A stretch of 64,000 bases of DNA from Negativicutes bacterium (GTDB taxonomy: Bacteria > Bacillota > Negativicutes > UBA1444), in contig CAXXIN010000007.1 of NCBI GenBank assembly GCA_963665275.2, positions 224,001 through 288,000 on the forward strand, in the 5' to 3' direction. The first letter of the stretch is position 1, and each line of letters starts with the position of its first letter. The notes under the pieces were generated by a model. The model was not told where the DNA came from. It saw only the letters and a program-made list of their open reading frames with translations, and did no database searches. Made by a program: the position numbers and the translations under genes. Of this stretch, positions 49,572 through 60,054 are shown one piece after another.

Positions 49572-50510
49572 TCAGTCTTTAAACTTGGCGATCAGCGCCG
49601 GAACCACTTTTTGCAAGTCGCCCACGATTCCGTAATCCACCTGTTTGAAGATAGGGGCGTTCTTGTCTTTGTTTACCGCCAGGGTAACCCGCGCCTGATT
49701 CACACCGACCATGTGCTGGATCTGTCCTGAAAGCCCCAGGGCAAGATACAGGTCCGGCTTCAGCATAACTCCGGACACTCCAATATATCGCTCCCGTGCA
49801 AGCCACTTTTCACCTTCCGCTACGGGGCGCGTGCACCCCAGCTCAGCTTCCAGCAAACCAGCTAGTTCTTGCACCAGACCAATATTCTCCTGCTTCTCGA
49901 TGCCACGGCCCACTGCAACAACTCTTTTCGCCGCGCTCAAATTTACGGACTCACCGATTCTTTTCCGTGTTTCGATTCGTTTCATTTTCTGTTCTGTTTG
50001 CACGGTTTCAACCTGGGTCACCGTTCCCTGTCTGTTTCCCTGTTCTTTGCCTGCCTCAAACACACCCGTTCCTACAGTGGCGATGGTGGTCCTAGACAAA
50101 GCAGTCTCCGAACGTTCGGCCGCCCCGCCGAATACTCTGCGTACCCCTTTTATGCCGTCGGACTCCGGAGACAAAACCATGATGTCGGTCATCACAGAGG
50201 TGCGCAAAATCGCTGCCAGCCTCCCTGCAATCACCTTTCCTCGCTGCGTAGCTCGTATCAGAAGCAACTCGGGAACATCCGCCTGCAGAAGCCGGGCAAT
50301 TGTCGGCGTCAGCTCTTCCAGCATCACGGACGAGTCGAGTTCCCCCAGCCAGAATACTTGGTCAACTATTTTTGCAGCCTCATCCGCTTCCGCTTTGGAC
50401 CCAACAACTATAGCCGCCGCAAATTCGCCGAGCTGACGTCCACCTGCAGAAAGCTCTGGCAGCGCTGAATTTTTTTCAGCGAAAACAAATACTTTTTTTA
50501 ACATATTCAT
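49572..50510 (-). CDS. ETF alpha subunit (FixB/YdiR-like)
   Basis: VGRGI, GCTRPVAE, YIGVSG, SGQIQHMVG, NKDKNAPIF, DYGIVGD. Confidence 0.93.
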   Translation of the reverse strand: MNMLKKVFVFAEKNSALPELSAGGRQLGEFAAAIVVGSKAEADEAAKIVDQVFWLGELDSSVMLEELTPTIARLLQADVPELLLIRATQRGKVIAGRLAAILRTSVMTDIMVLSPESDGIKGVRRVFGGAAERSETALSRTTIATVGTGVFEAGKEQGNRQGTVTQVETVQTEQKMKRIETRKRIGESVNLSAAKRVVAVGRGIEKQENIGLVQELAGLLEAELGCTRPVAEGEKWLARERYIGVSGVMLKPDLYLALGLSGQIQHMVGVNQARVTLAVNKDKNAPIFKQVDYGIVGDLQKVVPALIAKFKD

Positions 50511-50524
50511 ACTTGCTGTCCCCT

Positions 50525-51292
50525 CTACCTGAGTTCCTTACGGATATATTCGCAAAATACAGCGATGTTTTCTGCCGAATCCGACTCAAGAATGATTTTT
50601 TTGCGGTCCATTTGTTCTGGCGCCAATACGCTTTCCAGCTTCAACCGTTTCATGTCGTCCACTACTTCAACATCTTTGAGGGTCCACGTGGCAACAGGCT
50701 TTTTGCTGGCGCTCAAAATTTCTTTCATCCCCGGAATTCTGGAGATATTGATATCTGAACTGACAGATACGACTGCCGGTAAAGAAATTTCCACTACTTC
50801 CACTTCATCTTCCAGGTTTCGTTCCACAAGGATTGATTCACCCTGAGGAGTGATTTTGCTGACAGCATTGACCACCGGTACGCCGAGCATTTCTCCAAGC
50901 TGGATTCCTACCTGTTGGTTATACAGATCCGCCGAGCCCTCTCCACACAGGATCAGATCAAAGCCGATCTTGCTTGCGGCGCCTGCCAGCGTGCGGGCTG
51001 TCAGATAGGTGTCCGCGTCCTTGAGATTCTCGTCGATAACCAGGCACAGGTCTGACGGGCCCCTGGATAGAATGCTTTTCTTTAGTTTTGAATTGTCCAG
51101 TGTTTTATCGCCAACACTAAGGGCAGAAACCTTCCCGCCCACTTCCTCCATGATTTTCACGCCGGCTTCCACTGCATTTAGGTCGTACTGACCAATCTTC
51201 CACTCCGCCCTTTCAAAAGACAGGGTTCGGTCTTGGCGCACAACGATATCTTGCTCTTCCGCTGCAATTTTATAGCAAACAATTATGTTCAT
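50525..51292 (-). CDS. ETF beta subunit (FixA/YdiQ-like)
   Basis: MNIIVCYK, YDLNAVE, LSRGP, GEGSADLY; start moved to 51292. Confidence 0.93.
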   Translation of the reverse strand: MNIIVCYKIAAEEQDIVVRQDRTLSFERAEWKIGQYDLNAVEAGVKIMEEVGGKVSALSVGDKTLDNSKLKKSILSRGPSDLCLVIDENLKDADTYLTARTLAGAASKIGFDLILCGEGSADLYNQQVGIQLGEMLGVPVVNAVSKITPQGESILVERNLEDEVEVVEISLPAVVSVSSDINISRIPGMKEILSASKKPVATWTLKDVEVVDDMKRLKLESVLAPEQMDRKKIILESDSAENIAVFCEYIRKELR

Positions 51293-51324
51293 ATCGTACC
51301 TCTTGATGTATATTTTTCTTTCGC

Positions 51325-52467
51325 TTATTTTGCCTGCTTTAAGAGCGCCCGACCGGCAATATGAATCATGATCTGATCTGTGCCGCCGCCGATGCGATTG
51401 ACACGGCTGTCTCGCCAAAGTCTCGCCACCCGGTGATCGGCATAACCGATGCCGCCCAGAATCTGCATGGCGTCGTCAATGACCTCAAAGGCTGACTGCG
51501 CACAATACAGCTTCGCTTGCGCGGAAGATATCTGTATGGATATGCCATTGTCTTTTTGCCAGGCAGTCTTATAGACAAAGTTTTTCATGTTTTCAATCTT
51601 GATGGACATGTCGACCAATTTTTCCTGGATAAGTTGGAAACTGCCGATGGTTTTGCCGAATTGAATGCGCTGGTTGGCATAGCGAAGCGCATCGCCATAA
51701 GCGCACTCCGCTTGCCCAAGAGCGCCGGCAGCCATTTGCAGCCGCTCAACTTCATAGTTGTGCATCAGGTTTTTGAAGCCTTGACCTTCTTTGCCCACAA
51801 TGTCTTTTTCTTCAACTTCAACATTGTCCAGATAGACTTCGCATGTGTTCTTCATATGCCAGCCCACTTTTTTGAGCGGTTCTATTTTCACACCCGGCGC
51901 ATTCATCGGCACCCACCACAAGGTGCAGGACTCATAGGCGGATTTCGTGCTCTCAAGGTCTTTGGTCATGCATAACATGTACGGAACCCGGTCCGCACCG
52001 GTGATGAAGGTTTTGTGGCCATTGATGTACACCTTGCCGTTTTTCCGGGTTGCCGTGGCCGTGATGGCTGTGCTGTCGGAGCCGGATTGAGGCTCGGTAA
52101 AGCCCAGGCAAAAAGCGTACTCGCCTTTCATCGCGTATTCCATCGTGATTTTCTTTTGTTCTTCGCTACCAAATTGCATCATATCGTCGATCTGAATCGA
52201 ACGGCCCATGAAATAGTAAGGGCAACCCTGCTTGGCGAATTCTTCGGTAACCAGCATGAGAGTAAGGATATCCACCGGTGTGCCGCCGTATTCTTCCGGA
52301 ACACCCAGCAACCCAAAACCATTGTCAGTCATGGCCTTCATCAACGTCTCAGGATAGAGGCTCTTTTCATCGCATTCACGGATATACTCTTCCGATCCCT
52401 CACGGGCGATAAGCTCCTGCAACCCTTCCAGCAACAATTCTTGTTCTTCCGACATTCGAAAATCCAT
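51325..52467 (-). CDS. Acyl-CoA dehydrogenase (CaiA/YdiO-like)
   Basis: FTEPQSGSD, INGHKTFIT, ANQRIQFGK, RIGGGTDQI. Confidence 0.92.
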   Translation of the reverse strand: MDFRMSEEQELLLEGLQELIAREGSEEYIRECDEKSLYPETLMKAMTDNGFGLLGVPEEYGGTPVDILTLMLVTEEFAKQGCPYYFMGRSIQIDDMMQFGSEEQKKITMEYAMKGEYAFCLGFTEPQSGSDSTAITATATRKNGKVYINGHKTFITGADRVPYMLCMTKDLESTKSAYESCTLWWVPMNAPGVKIEPLKKVGWHMKNTCEVYLDNVEVEEKDIVGKEGQGFKNLMHNYEVERLQMAAGALGQAECAYGDALRYANQRIQFGKTIGSFQLIQEKLVDMSIKIENMKNFVYKTAWQKDNGISIQISSAQAKLYCAQSAFEVIDDAMQILGGIGYADHRVARLWRDSRVNRIGGGTDQIMIHIAGRALLKQAK

Positions 52468-52530
52468 TGATACGTCACTCCTCCAGCTTGATTTGATGGC
52501 CGATGATAATGATCGGACCCGCTTTTTTAC

Positions 52531-53715
52531 TCAGGCCTCGATGCTCCATTTTGCCTTGATATCCGCAATGGCTTCATCGCTGTACCCAAGACTCTTTAAT
52601 ACTTCGTCCTGATTTTGACCAAGAGCCGGCGGTCGGTTATTGTTGGCTTTCACTGCCGAGAATTTCAGCGGATTTCCCTTCATCTTCAAGGGGGTTCCTT
52701 TGTGCGTCGCATTTTCGACGATCATCTCGCGTGACAGCAGTTGCTCATTGGTGAACAAGTCCCGGGTTGTGTTGATTTTGGCGCACGGCACGCCGACTTT
52801 ATCAAGTTGGGCCAGCGGAACATCGATGTCATCGAAGGTTTTCAGCCAGTCTTCAATCAGTTTGATCATTTTGGGCAAGTTTTTGATCCGCGCCACAACC
52901 GTGTTGAATTCAGGATCATCTATTAGGTCCGGCCGTTGCATCACATTACAGAGCGCCGCCCACAACTTGACATTGGGAGCGCAAATGACTGCGAAATCCT
53001 CTTTCCCCTGAAATACGCCAAACGGAGCCAACGTAAGAGGATTGTTGCCGCTCCGACGGACATAGTTTCCGGCCGCATTGTGCTCGACATATGCGTTAAA
53101 GGCGACAATGGAATCCAGGAGTGCGATATCGATCTGTTGGCCCTGACCGGTACGCTCGCGGTGATACAAGGCACTGGCGATAGCTCCGAAGGCATGTGCG
53201 CCTGCACTGCAGTCAGCCAGCACAATGCCGAGCCTTGTCGGAGGACCACCGGGCTCACCTGTCAAATCCATGACTCCGCTCAAGGCTTGAGCGATCATGT
53301 CATAGCCCGGTTTGCTCTTCATCGGTCCGGTTTGTCCGTAGGCTGATACAGAACAGTAGATTACTTTGGGGTTGATCTTCTTGACATCTTCGTAACTCAG
53401 ACCGAACTTGGCCATGGTCCCCGGTTTGAAGCTTTCCGTTACAACATCGGCGGTCTCAATCAACTTTTTGGCGATTTCAATTCCTTGCGGGTCATCCATG
53501 TCCAGAACGATAGACTTTTTACCGCGATTTCCCCAGAAAAAACCCACAGCAGTTCCATCAAGCTGCGGCGAATAATTTCTCTGATCATCGCCAAGTTTTG
53601 GTTTTTCGATTTTGATGACTTCAGCGCCAAAATCAGCCAGCATTACTGTAGAATAGGGCCCCGCCGTGTTCATCGTAAAGTCCACTACTTTTACCCCATC
53701 AAAAATGTTTTGCAT
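52531..53715 (-). CDS. CaiB/BaiF family III CoA-transferase
   Basis: LADFGAEVIKIE, NRGKKS, YGQTGP, PGYD, PPALGQ. Confidence 0.94.
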   Translation of the reverse strand: MQNIFDGVKVVDFTMNTAGPYSTVMLADFGAEVIKIEKPKLGDDQRNYSPQLDGTAVGFFWGNRGKKSIVLDMDDPQGIEIAKKLIETADVVTESFKPGTMAKFGLSYEDVKKINPKVIYCSVSAYGQTGPMKSKPGYDMIAQALSGVMDLTGEPGGPPTRLGIVLADCSAGAHAFGAIASALYHRERTGQGQQIDIALLDSIVAFNAYVEHNAAGNYVRRSGNNPLTLAPFGVFQGKEDFAVICAPNVKLWAALCNVMQRPDLIDDPEFNTVVARIKNLPKMIKLIEDWLKTFDDIDVPLAQLDKVGVPCAKINTTRDLFTNEQLLSREMIVENATHKGTPLKMKGNPLKFSAVKANNNRPPALGQNQDEVLKSLGYSDEAIADIKAKWSIEA

Positions 53716-53732
53716 GACAAACTCTCCTTTTG

Positions 53733-54425
53733 TTATTTACTGTTTTTTTCGTATTCGGCCAGTACTTCCTGATACCTACGGTATCCTGGAGATATCGGTT
53801 CCTTGCTGAGCAGCGTCAGAACGACCAGGATCGCCAGGCCCAAACCCAGGGATGGCCACAACGGCTGCACTCCGAACGGATTATTGGCAAAATGCCATGC
53901 AGCTGCCAACAATCCGCCAATGCACAAAGACCAAAACGCGGCATCTTTTGTCACCCGTGGCCAGAAGAGAGCTATGGCCAGCACAACTCCGCAATAGCCC
54001 TGATTTGAAAGGCGCCAAGCGCAGAATGCAAAATCGACGTCGCCTGCAAACCAAAGTAGGTACCGATCACCCCTACCGCCACGACCATAATTCTGGAAAA
54101 AACCAGCTGTTCCTGCGGCGTTGCTTCAGGTTTCATGAAACCTTTGTAAAAATCTCTGGTCAACACTGTTGCAACGATGAGTAGGACCGACGGAGCCGTT
54201 GAAAATATGGCTGCAATTACCGCCATGCTGGCCAATCCGCCCATCAGCTTTACCCACCGTTGCGGCGCCTGAAATCATTTCGCCAAAAAGCAGCATCGTT
54301 ACCATTAAAGCGCCCAGATTTCTCTTGGCGACCAAATAATCTTGAACGTCTTTACTTTTTCTTACAGCATAAATACCGATCAGAGTGGTGCCCACAAGAT
54401 ATAAGACCATTAAAGAAGCAGCCAA
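53733..54425 (-). pseudogene. Sodium:solute symporter pseudogene (large internal deletion plus frameshift)
   Basis: N-terminal piece (DYLVAKRNLG...ISGAATVG) joined near 54246 to a late piece (IAAIFSTA...LTRDFYK); frameshift near 53990 into ALFWPRVTK; total only about 230 codons. Confidence 0.85.
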
Positions 54426-54493
54426 ACTATCGCCTTCTTTTATTTATTTGAATGTTCACCTTCCCGGCGAACATTCAATCGCCAAGTTCTCGG

Positions 54494-55780
54494 TCAAATC
54501 GCCCGAAAAGCAGTCCACCCGTCAGAGATTAGCTGCCCGAAAGTCGCGTGTTTTTTCATAATGCCCAGCATAGCCTTGGTCATTTTTTCCGGCGTCTTAC
54601 CATCCACTGTGAACATAAACTTCATGGCGTCGTTAGCAAGTGCAGGGTATTGTTTGGCCATACGAGGAATTTCAATAATATGGGGCCAGCCTGCAAAAAG
54701 CCTCATGGTAGGCATTAGGCCCAATTGCTCCAACTCATTCATATACATTGAACCCATCTTCGCTGGCTCCCCGTTCGCCGCGATCACCGCATTGGCAGCT
54801 GCCAGCCCGCTGACAATCGCCAGGTCGATGCCTCGCAGGATCGTTCCGGAGTTAACGCAGAAACCGGCCGCATCGCCGACCAGCAGCAATCCTTCACGGT
54901 GCAGTTTGGCAGGCATTCCACTTAGACCCAGCTCGGGCACCAGATGCGCCCCGTATTCCACCGTTTTTCCCCCTGCAATCAGAGGAGCGATGGCTGGATG
55001 CATTTTGAAGTCCTGCATGATTTCGTGAACACTGCGCTTGTTTTTGCCTGCTTGTTCTGGATTGAACACCACACCCAGTGAGACGCTGCCCTGATTTGTA
55101 TAGATAAAACCGCCGCCGGAAATCCCGTCCGTGCAGCCGATGACCACACGCGCGGCTCCTTCATCCCCCTGCAGGTTAAACCGGGAAGCAATCAAATCAT
55201 CAGAAATCTCGATGATCTCCTTGACTCCCACACCGACAGAGGCGGCGGTGATATCTTGACGCAAGCCAGCTTTTTGGGCGATGAACGAACTGATACCGTC
55301 TGCAGCAATCACCACATCGGCGTACATTTCATCTTCGCCGGCAACGATACCGACGATTTTCCCGTCTTTTTCAATCAGATTATCCACCAGAATCCCTGTA
55401 GCTACCATGGCGCCCTGATTTTCGGCTTCGCCGGCGAACCACTCATCGAATGGAGCCCTTAGAACCGAATACGACTGGGGCACATCTTCGCCGAACTCAT
55501 AATCCACATAATCCATGGTAACGGCGCTCTTGGACCCGAGCATCATGACCTGTTCGCGAATTACCTTGCGCTGCAGGGGCGCTTTGGCATAAAGGCCCGG
55601 CTCAATAAGCTCCAATGCATAGGTGTAGAGCCGGCCGCCTGTGACATTCTTGCTGCCTGCCGAGTTGCCGCGCTCTACCAGCAGCACATTTTCCCCCGCG
55701 CGTGCGAGCACATAGGCGCAGGCAGATCCGGCAGGGCCGGCGCCTATGATAATGGCATCAAATTTTTCCTCGTCTGACAT
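54494..55780 (-). CDS. fixC: FixC-family ETF:quinone oxidoreductase flavoprotein
   Basis: GAGPAG, KNVTGGRLY, EYGAHLVPE, GDAAG, RGIDLAI; start moved to MSDEEK. Confidence 0.92.
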   Translation of the reverse strand: MSDEEKFDAIIIGAGPAGSACAYVLARAGENVLLVERGNSAGSKNVTGGRLYTYALELIEPGLYAKAPLQRKVIREQVMMLGSKSAVTMDYVDYEFGEDVPQSYSVLRAPFDEWFAGEAENQGAMVATGILVDNLIEKDGKIVGIVAGEDEMYADVVIAADGISSFIAQKAGLRQDITAASVGVGVKEIIEISDDLIASRFNLQGDEGAARVVIGCTDGISGGGFIYTNQGSVSLGVVFNPEQAGKNKRSVHEIMQDFKMHPAIAPLIAGGKTVEYGAHLVPELGLSGMPAKLHREGLLLVGDAAGFCVNSGTILRGIDLAIVSGLAAANAVIAANGEPAKMGSMYMNELEQLGLMPTMRLFAGWPHIIEIPRMAKQYPALANDAMKFMFTVDGKTPEKMTKAMLGIMKKHATFGQLISDGWTAFRAI

Positions 55781-55832
55781 CAGAGCACCTCTGCTTTCTG
55801 TACTTGTTAACGATTGGGCTACTTTTTCACGC

Positions 55833-56126
55833 TCAGCCGAATCGATAACTAATCCCAAAAGTTCCTCTGGGATACACCCATTTGACAATTCCTTTGTTCT
55901 TGCATACCACCCGGCAAGTTCCGCACTCTAGACATCCGGCATAATCAAAGCTGATTTCGTCGGTATTCTCCAGTTTGTAAAGAACGGCCGGACAAGCATA
56001 CAGACATGGCTTTTCAACGCATTTTGCACAGATAGACTTATTTAGCATAATATGAGGTTCTTCCTCATCCACGTTAAACTTGTCAAGGCTTAACAATTCT
56101 GTCGCTTCTAAGCGATTAATGCTCAT
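55833..56126 (-). CDS. fixX: FixX-like ferredoxin
   Basis: CPAVLY, GCLECGTCRVVC, WVYPRGTFGISYRFG. Confidence 0.93.
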   Translation of the reverse strand: MSINRLEATELLSLDKFNVDEEEPHIMLNKSICAKCVEKPCLYACPAVLYKLENTDEISFDYAGCLECGTCRVVCKNKGIVKWVYPRGTFGISYRFG

Positions 56127-56151
56127 TTCGTCTCTCCCCTTTGAATTCCAA

Positions 56152-57057
56152 TTAGCCCTTTTTCACTTCTTGCGTCAGCAGAGGAGCAATTTCATACAAG
56201 TCGCCTACGATACTATAATCAGCTGCTTGAAAAATAGGCGCTTTTTCATTGTTATTGATCGCTACGATAATTTTCGAATCCCGTATTCCCACCACATGCT
56301 GCACTTGTCCCGAAACGCCCAGAGAGACGTATAGGGAGGGTTTGACGGATACGCCGGAAATACCGATGTAACTCGGCAGCCATCGGCGCTCTTCAGCAAT
56401 TGTCCGTGTGCAGCCTATTTCAGCACCGATTGCCTGAGCTAGCTCCTCGACCATTTTCAGATCTTCTTTTTTGTCCACGCCCAACCCGATACAGACGATT
56501 TTATCGGCTGCGGACAAATCGACAGAAGTCCTGACCGCGCAGGCCGTTTCCAGAAGCGCGACCCGCGAATCCGCTTCTGCTTGGACCTTCACTATTTCAG
56601 CGCAACCTGTTGCTGCTGCTTCGAATTTGCCTGAGGGGATGGTGACAACTGCCAGACCTTCGCTAACCTCTGACAAACTGACCGCACCGCCATACATCAT
56701 CCGGGTAGTGGTTAGCTTGCCGGCATCCAGTTGCACTTCAGACACATCGCTGATCATCGCACATCCGAGATAACCGGCGACCCGTGCCGCGATGTCCCGG
56801 CCCCGGTCGGAAACACCGACTGCAAAAAGTTCGGCGCCTTCCGTTTGCAAAAAAGCGGCTACTGCTTTGGCGTAATTTTCTACCAAGAGGCTTTCCCCCT
56901 TGAACAGAAAAACCTTTTGCGCGCCAGATCCAGCAACCTCTGCTGCTGTTTTCTCATCAAACGCAATAATGTTGGCAGCTTTTCCTGACTTTTGTGCGAA
57001 TCCCACAAGTTCCGCGGCCGCGCCCGCATCTTCGCAATAAATATATATACCCGCCAT
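56152..57057 (-). CDS. ETF alpha subunit (second copy)
   Basis: GCTRTIAE, YIGISG, SGQVQHVVG, APIF, DYSIVGD. Confidence 0.92.
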   Translation of the reverse strand: MAGIYIYCEDAGAAAELVGFAQKSGKAANIIAFDEKTAAEVAGSGAQKVFLFKGESLLVENYAKAVAAFLQTEGAELFAVGVSDRGRDIAARVAGYLGCAMISDVSEVQLDAGKLTTTRMMYGGAVSLSEVSEGLAVVTIPSGKFEAAATGCAEIVKVQAEADSRVALLETACAVRTSVDLSAADKIVCIGLGVDKKEDLKMVEELAQAIGAEIGCTRTIAEERRWLPSYIGISGVSVKPSLYVSLGVSGQVQHVVGIRDSKIIVAINNNEKAPIFQAADYSIVGDLYEIAPLLTQEVKKG

Positions 57058-57827
57058 TACAGGACACCCTCCTTTTTAAGGTTGGAGACCAGCTCGCGCA
57101 CTTTACTGGAAGAGTCCCCTTCGGCAATGATGATATTCTTGCGCTGCATGACATAGGCTTTCATGGCTTGTCTTTGCGTTTTTGCCTTTAGGTCCGCAAC
57201 ACCCAATTGTTCCGCGCTAAGTTCCACAACCTTCTTTTTGCTTGCGCCAATAACCGCTTTCAAACTGGGAATAGGAGCTGGATTAATTTCAGGAAGAACA
57301 CTGACGACTGCCGGCAATTCGACCTGCACCGTCTCGGTACATTCCTTCAAACTTCTTACTGCCGTGAGCATATTGCCATCAACGCTGAGCCGGGTCACCG
57401 AAGTAATGACCGGCCAGTCAAGCGTTGCACCGAGCCGGGGAGCTGTCTGGCGTGCGTAAACGTCGCTGGAGCCTTCAGCGCATATCACTAATTTTGCTTC
57501 TTCTATCTGTGTGACTGCCGCCACGAGAACCTTGGAAGTCACGAACCCATCAGCTGTATCTGCCAGCGAACTATTTACCCAGTACGCTTCTTCCGGTCCC
57601 CTGGACAAAACGTCCTTAAGGGAGGTTTTGGCTTGTGCCGTCCCAAAGGTCAGCGCCACCGCTTTCCCTCCGATATTTTTCGCAGCCAGAACTGCTGCTT
57701 CGATTGCATTCTTGTCATAGTCGCTGATTTTCCATTTTGCTTTACTGCAATCGATGGACAGATCAGCATTCACTTTGATATCCGCTTCATCCACTACCCA
57801 CTTATAGCAAGCTATTATAGTTGGCAT
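57057..57827 (-). CDS. ETF beta subunit (second copy)
   Basis: IIACYKWV, YDKNAIE, LSRGP, EGSSD. Confidence 0.92.
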   Translation of the reverse strand: MPTIIACYKWVVDEADIKVNADLSIDCSKAKWKISDYDKNAIEAAVLAAKNIGGKAVALTFGTAQAKTSLKDVLSRGPEEAYWVNSSLADTADGFVTSKVLVAAVTQIEEAKLVICAEGSSDVYARQTAPRLGATLDWPVITSVTRLSVDGNMLTAVRSLKECTETVQVELPAVVSVLPEINPAPIPSLKAVIGASKKKVVELSAEQLGVADLKAKTQRQAMKAYVMQRKNIIIAEGDSSSKVRELVSNLKKEGVL

Positions 57828-57882
57828 CTTGTGCCCTCCTTAAAAGAAAATTTAAGACGCTTTCCGTGATTTCATCGCCACC

Positions 57883-59010
57883 TTATTTGGTTTTGGGGAA
57901 AATCTTCCGGGCGATGATCATTTTCTGGATTTCGCTGCTGCCCTCGACGATCGGCAGGATTCGGGCATCCCTGAAATAGCGTTCCACTCCGCCGTCCTCG
58001 ATCACACCATATCCGCCACAGATTTGAATCGCACGATCAGTGACATGACAGGCCATTTCAGTCGAAAACAGTTTGGCGATGGACGCTTCCAGCGAAAACG
58101 GCTGATTTGCATCTGCCAGTTCAGCGGCACGATACACCATGGCCCTGGCAACTTCAATTTCTTTCAACATATCAGCGGCATAATGCTGAATAACCTGCAA
58201 GTGCGAAAGCGGTTTACCGAACTGTACTCTCTGCTTGGCATACTCAACAGTGAGATTGAACGCGCCTTGCGCGAGTCCTAGCGCCATCGCGGCAATATTC
58301 ATCCGGCCGACATCGAGAGAGGACAACACGACATGCAACCCTTTGTTCTCGACGCCCATCATGTTCTGTGCCGGGACACGACAATTTTTCAAATAAAGTT
58401 CGGCCGTGTCCGAGCCATGCATGCCCAGCTTCCGATAGTGTCCGCCGATAGAATAACCCGGGAAAGTTTTCTCTACGATGAATGACGAAATCCCTCCAGG
58501 GGCAGTCTCGTTCGTGAGCGCCGAAACCAGAAAAGCATCGGCATGGATCGAACTGATGTAGATTTTAGTTCCGTTCAACACCCATTCGTTGCCATCTTTC
58601 ACAGCTGTTGTCTGGATATTGGCGGCATCGGAACCTGCAGAGGCCTCCGTAAAGGCAAATCCCATATGATATTCACCAGTGGCGAGTTTACTCAGATATT
58701 TTTCCTTGTGCAGTTGTGTTCCGGCTTTATTGATTGCAATGGCGCCCAAGTTATTGCACATGGACCCACCGATAAACCCTTCTTTGGACAATTCTTCCAT
58801 GATCAGAGCTTGGGTCATCATTCCTGCGCCCAGTCCGCCCCACTCTTCTGGAATCATGATCCCTCTCAGGCCCAACTCGCCGGCGCGTGCAAGCAAATCA
58901 TCGGGACGCGTGTCGGTTTGATCGATTTCCTTGGCCCGCGGGCGAATTTCATTCACCGCGAACTCCTTGGCGATATTGACCATCAACTGTTGATCTTCTG
59001 TAAGCATCAT
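57883..59010 (-). CDS. Acyl-CoA dehydrogenase
   Basis: FTEASAGSD, LNGTKIYIS, KLGMHGSDT, RVQFGK, EGSSEIQ. Confidence 0.95.
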   Translation of the reverse strand: MMLTEDQQLMVNIAKEFAVNEIRPRAKEIDQTDTRPDDLLARAGELGLRGIMIPEEWGGLGAGMMTQALIMEELSKEGFIGGSMCNNLGAIAINKAGTQLHKEKYLSKLATGEYHMGFAFTEASAGSDAANIQTTAVKDGNEWVLNGTKIYISSIHADAFLVSALTNETAPGGISSFIVEKTFPGYSIGGHYRKLGMHGSDTAELYLKNCRVPAQNMMGVENKGLHVVLSSLDVGRMNIAAMALGLAQGAFNLTVEYAKQRVQFGKPLSHLQVIQHYAADMLKEIEVARAMVYRAAELADANQPFSLEASIAKLFSTEMACHVTDRAIQICGGYGVIEDGGVERYFRDARILPIVEGSSEIQKMIIARKIFPKTK

Positions 59011-59152
59011 AATTTTTTGTCCCCTTTTCTTTTTTTACTATTTTGGCTGTCATATCCCGACTCCATCTGTTAGGAATGCACAGCAAAAAACCAAAATATA
59101 ACTATACATGCGCAACATTGTGAAATTTTGAACGATACACCCATAACCGTAT

Positions 59153-59169
59153 CGCAAGTATCATGCCAA
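59153..59169 (-). promoter_or_regulatory. Sigma54 -24/-12 promoter of the acyl-CoA dehydrogenase/ETF operon
   Basis: TTGGCATGATACTTGCG matches TGGCA-N7-TTGC; a sigma54 activator gene lies at the far end of the operon. Confidence 0.85.
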
Positions 59170-59261
59170 TCTTTTTATGCTTTTTCCCCGCAATCGTAAA
59201 AACCATTGGAAATCCCGGTGTTGTTGATTTTTATTCACCCTGTAGCGTAAGCCAAATTAAT

Positions 59262-59289
59262 ATGTGGAGCACCCTAAAGTGCTCCACAT
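59262..59289. promoter_or_regulatory. Candidate upstream activator sequence
   Basis: Perfect 11-bp inverted repeat ATGTGGAGCAC-N6-GTGCTCCACAT about 100 bp upstream of the sigma54 promoter. Confidence 0.6.
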
Positions 59290-59553
59290 TGTGTACCATA
59301 AATAAAAAAACGTCACCTACCAATGTGACATTTTGATTTGCTTATCCGCATGCCAATTTGGGCTTCGTGGGTTCGTTGCGCGCCCATTGAATAAACAAAT
59401 TTTCCCTATCTTACTCTTAATAGCAATCACAGTTGTGGTAAAATAATTTCCAGATTGGTCAAGCAGGTTTTGAGTTAAGCATTATTTCAAGTTACATTGA
59501 CAAGACAAAACGAAATGAGAACGCTGAAATGAACAAGCTAGGAGAAAATAGCG

Positions 59554-60054
59554 ATGGATATTATTAAGGGACAGAAAGAAGACCTATCCGACATTCTTGA
59601 TATAATTTCTAAATGTATAAAGCATATGGAAAGTCAAGGCATATACCAATGGAATAAATTTTATCCAAATTTAGATATTATTGAAAATGATATTAAGAGT
59701 GCGGACTGCTACGTTTTAAAGGATAATGGAAAGTGTGTAGCATATGTAGCAATAAATGAGGAGCAATCCCCAGAATACAGTCAAATAAACTGGTTTACTG
59801 ATGGAAGAAAGATATTAGTTATTCATAGATTATCTGTTCATCCTGAATTTCAGGGAAAAGGGATTGCAAAAAAAATATTAAAATTTATTGAGGATTTTGC
59901 TACTGAAAATAACTATTCATGTATTAGATTAGATGCTTATAGTGGAAATGAAAAAGCACTTAAGCTATATGAGAATTTTGGTTATAAGAAAGTCGGACAG
60001 TTTCATTTTCCCAAAAGAGACCTTCCTTTCTATTGCTATGAGAAAAACACTTAG
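59554..60054 (+). CDS. GNAT family N-acetyltransferase (AT-rich, likely foreign)
   Basis: IHRLSVHPEFQGKGIA, RLDAYSGNEKALKLYENFGY. Confidence 0.93.
   Translation: MDIIKGQKEDLSDILDIISKCIKHMESQGIYQWNKFYPNLDIIENDIKSADCYVLKDNGKCVAYVAINEEQSPEYSQINWFTDGRKILVIHRLSVHPEFQGKGIAKKILKFIEDFATENNYSCIRLDAYSGNEKALKLYENFGYKKVGQFHFPKRDLPFYCYEKNT

Noticed and set aside
53733-54425. Programmed frameshift or Sec/Pyl read-through in the SSS fragments
   Set aside because: About half the protein is physically missing and the breaks are frame changes, not in-frame stops.
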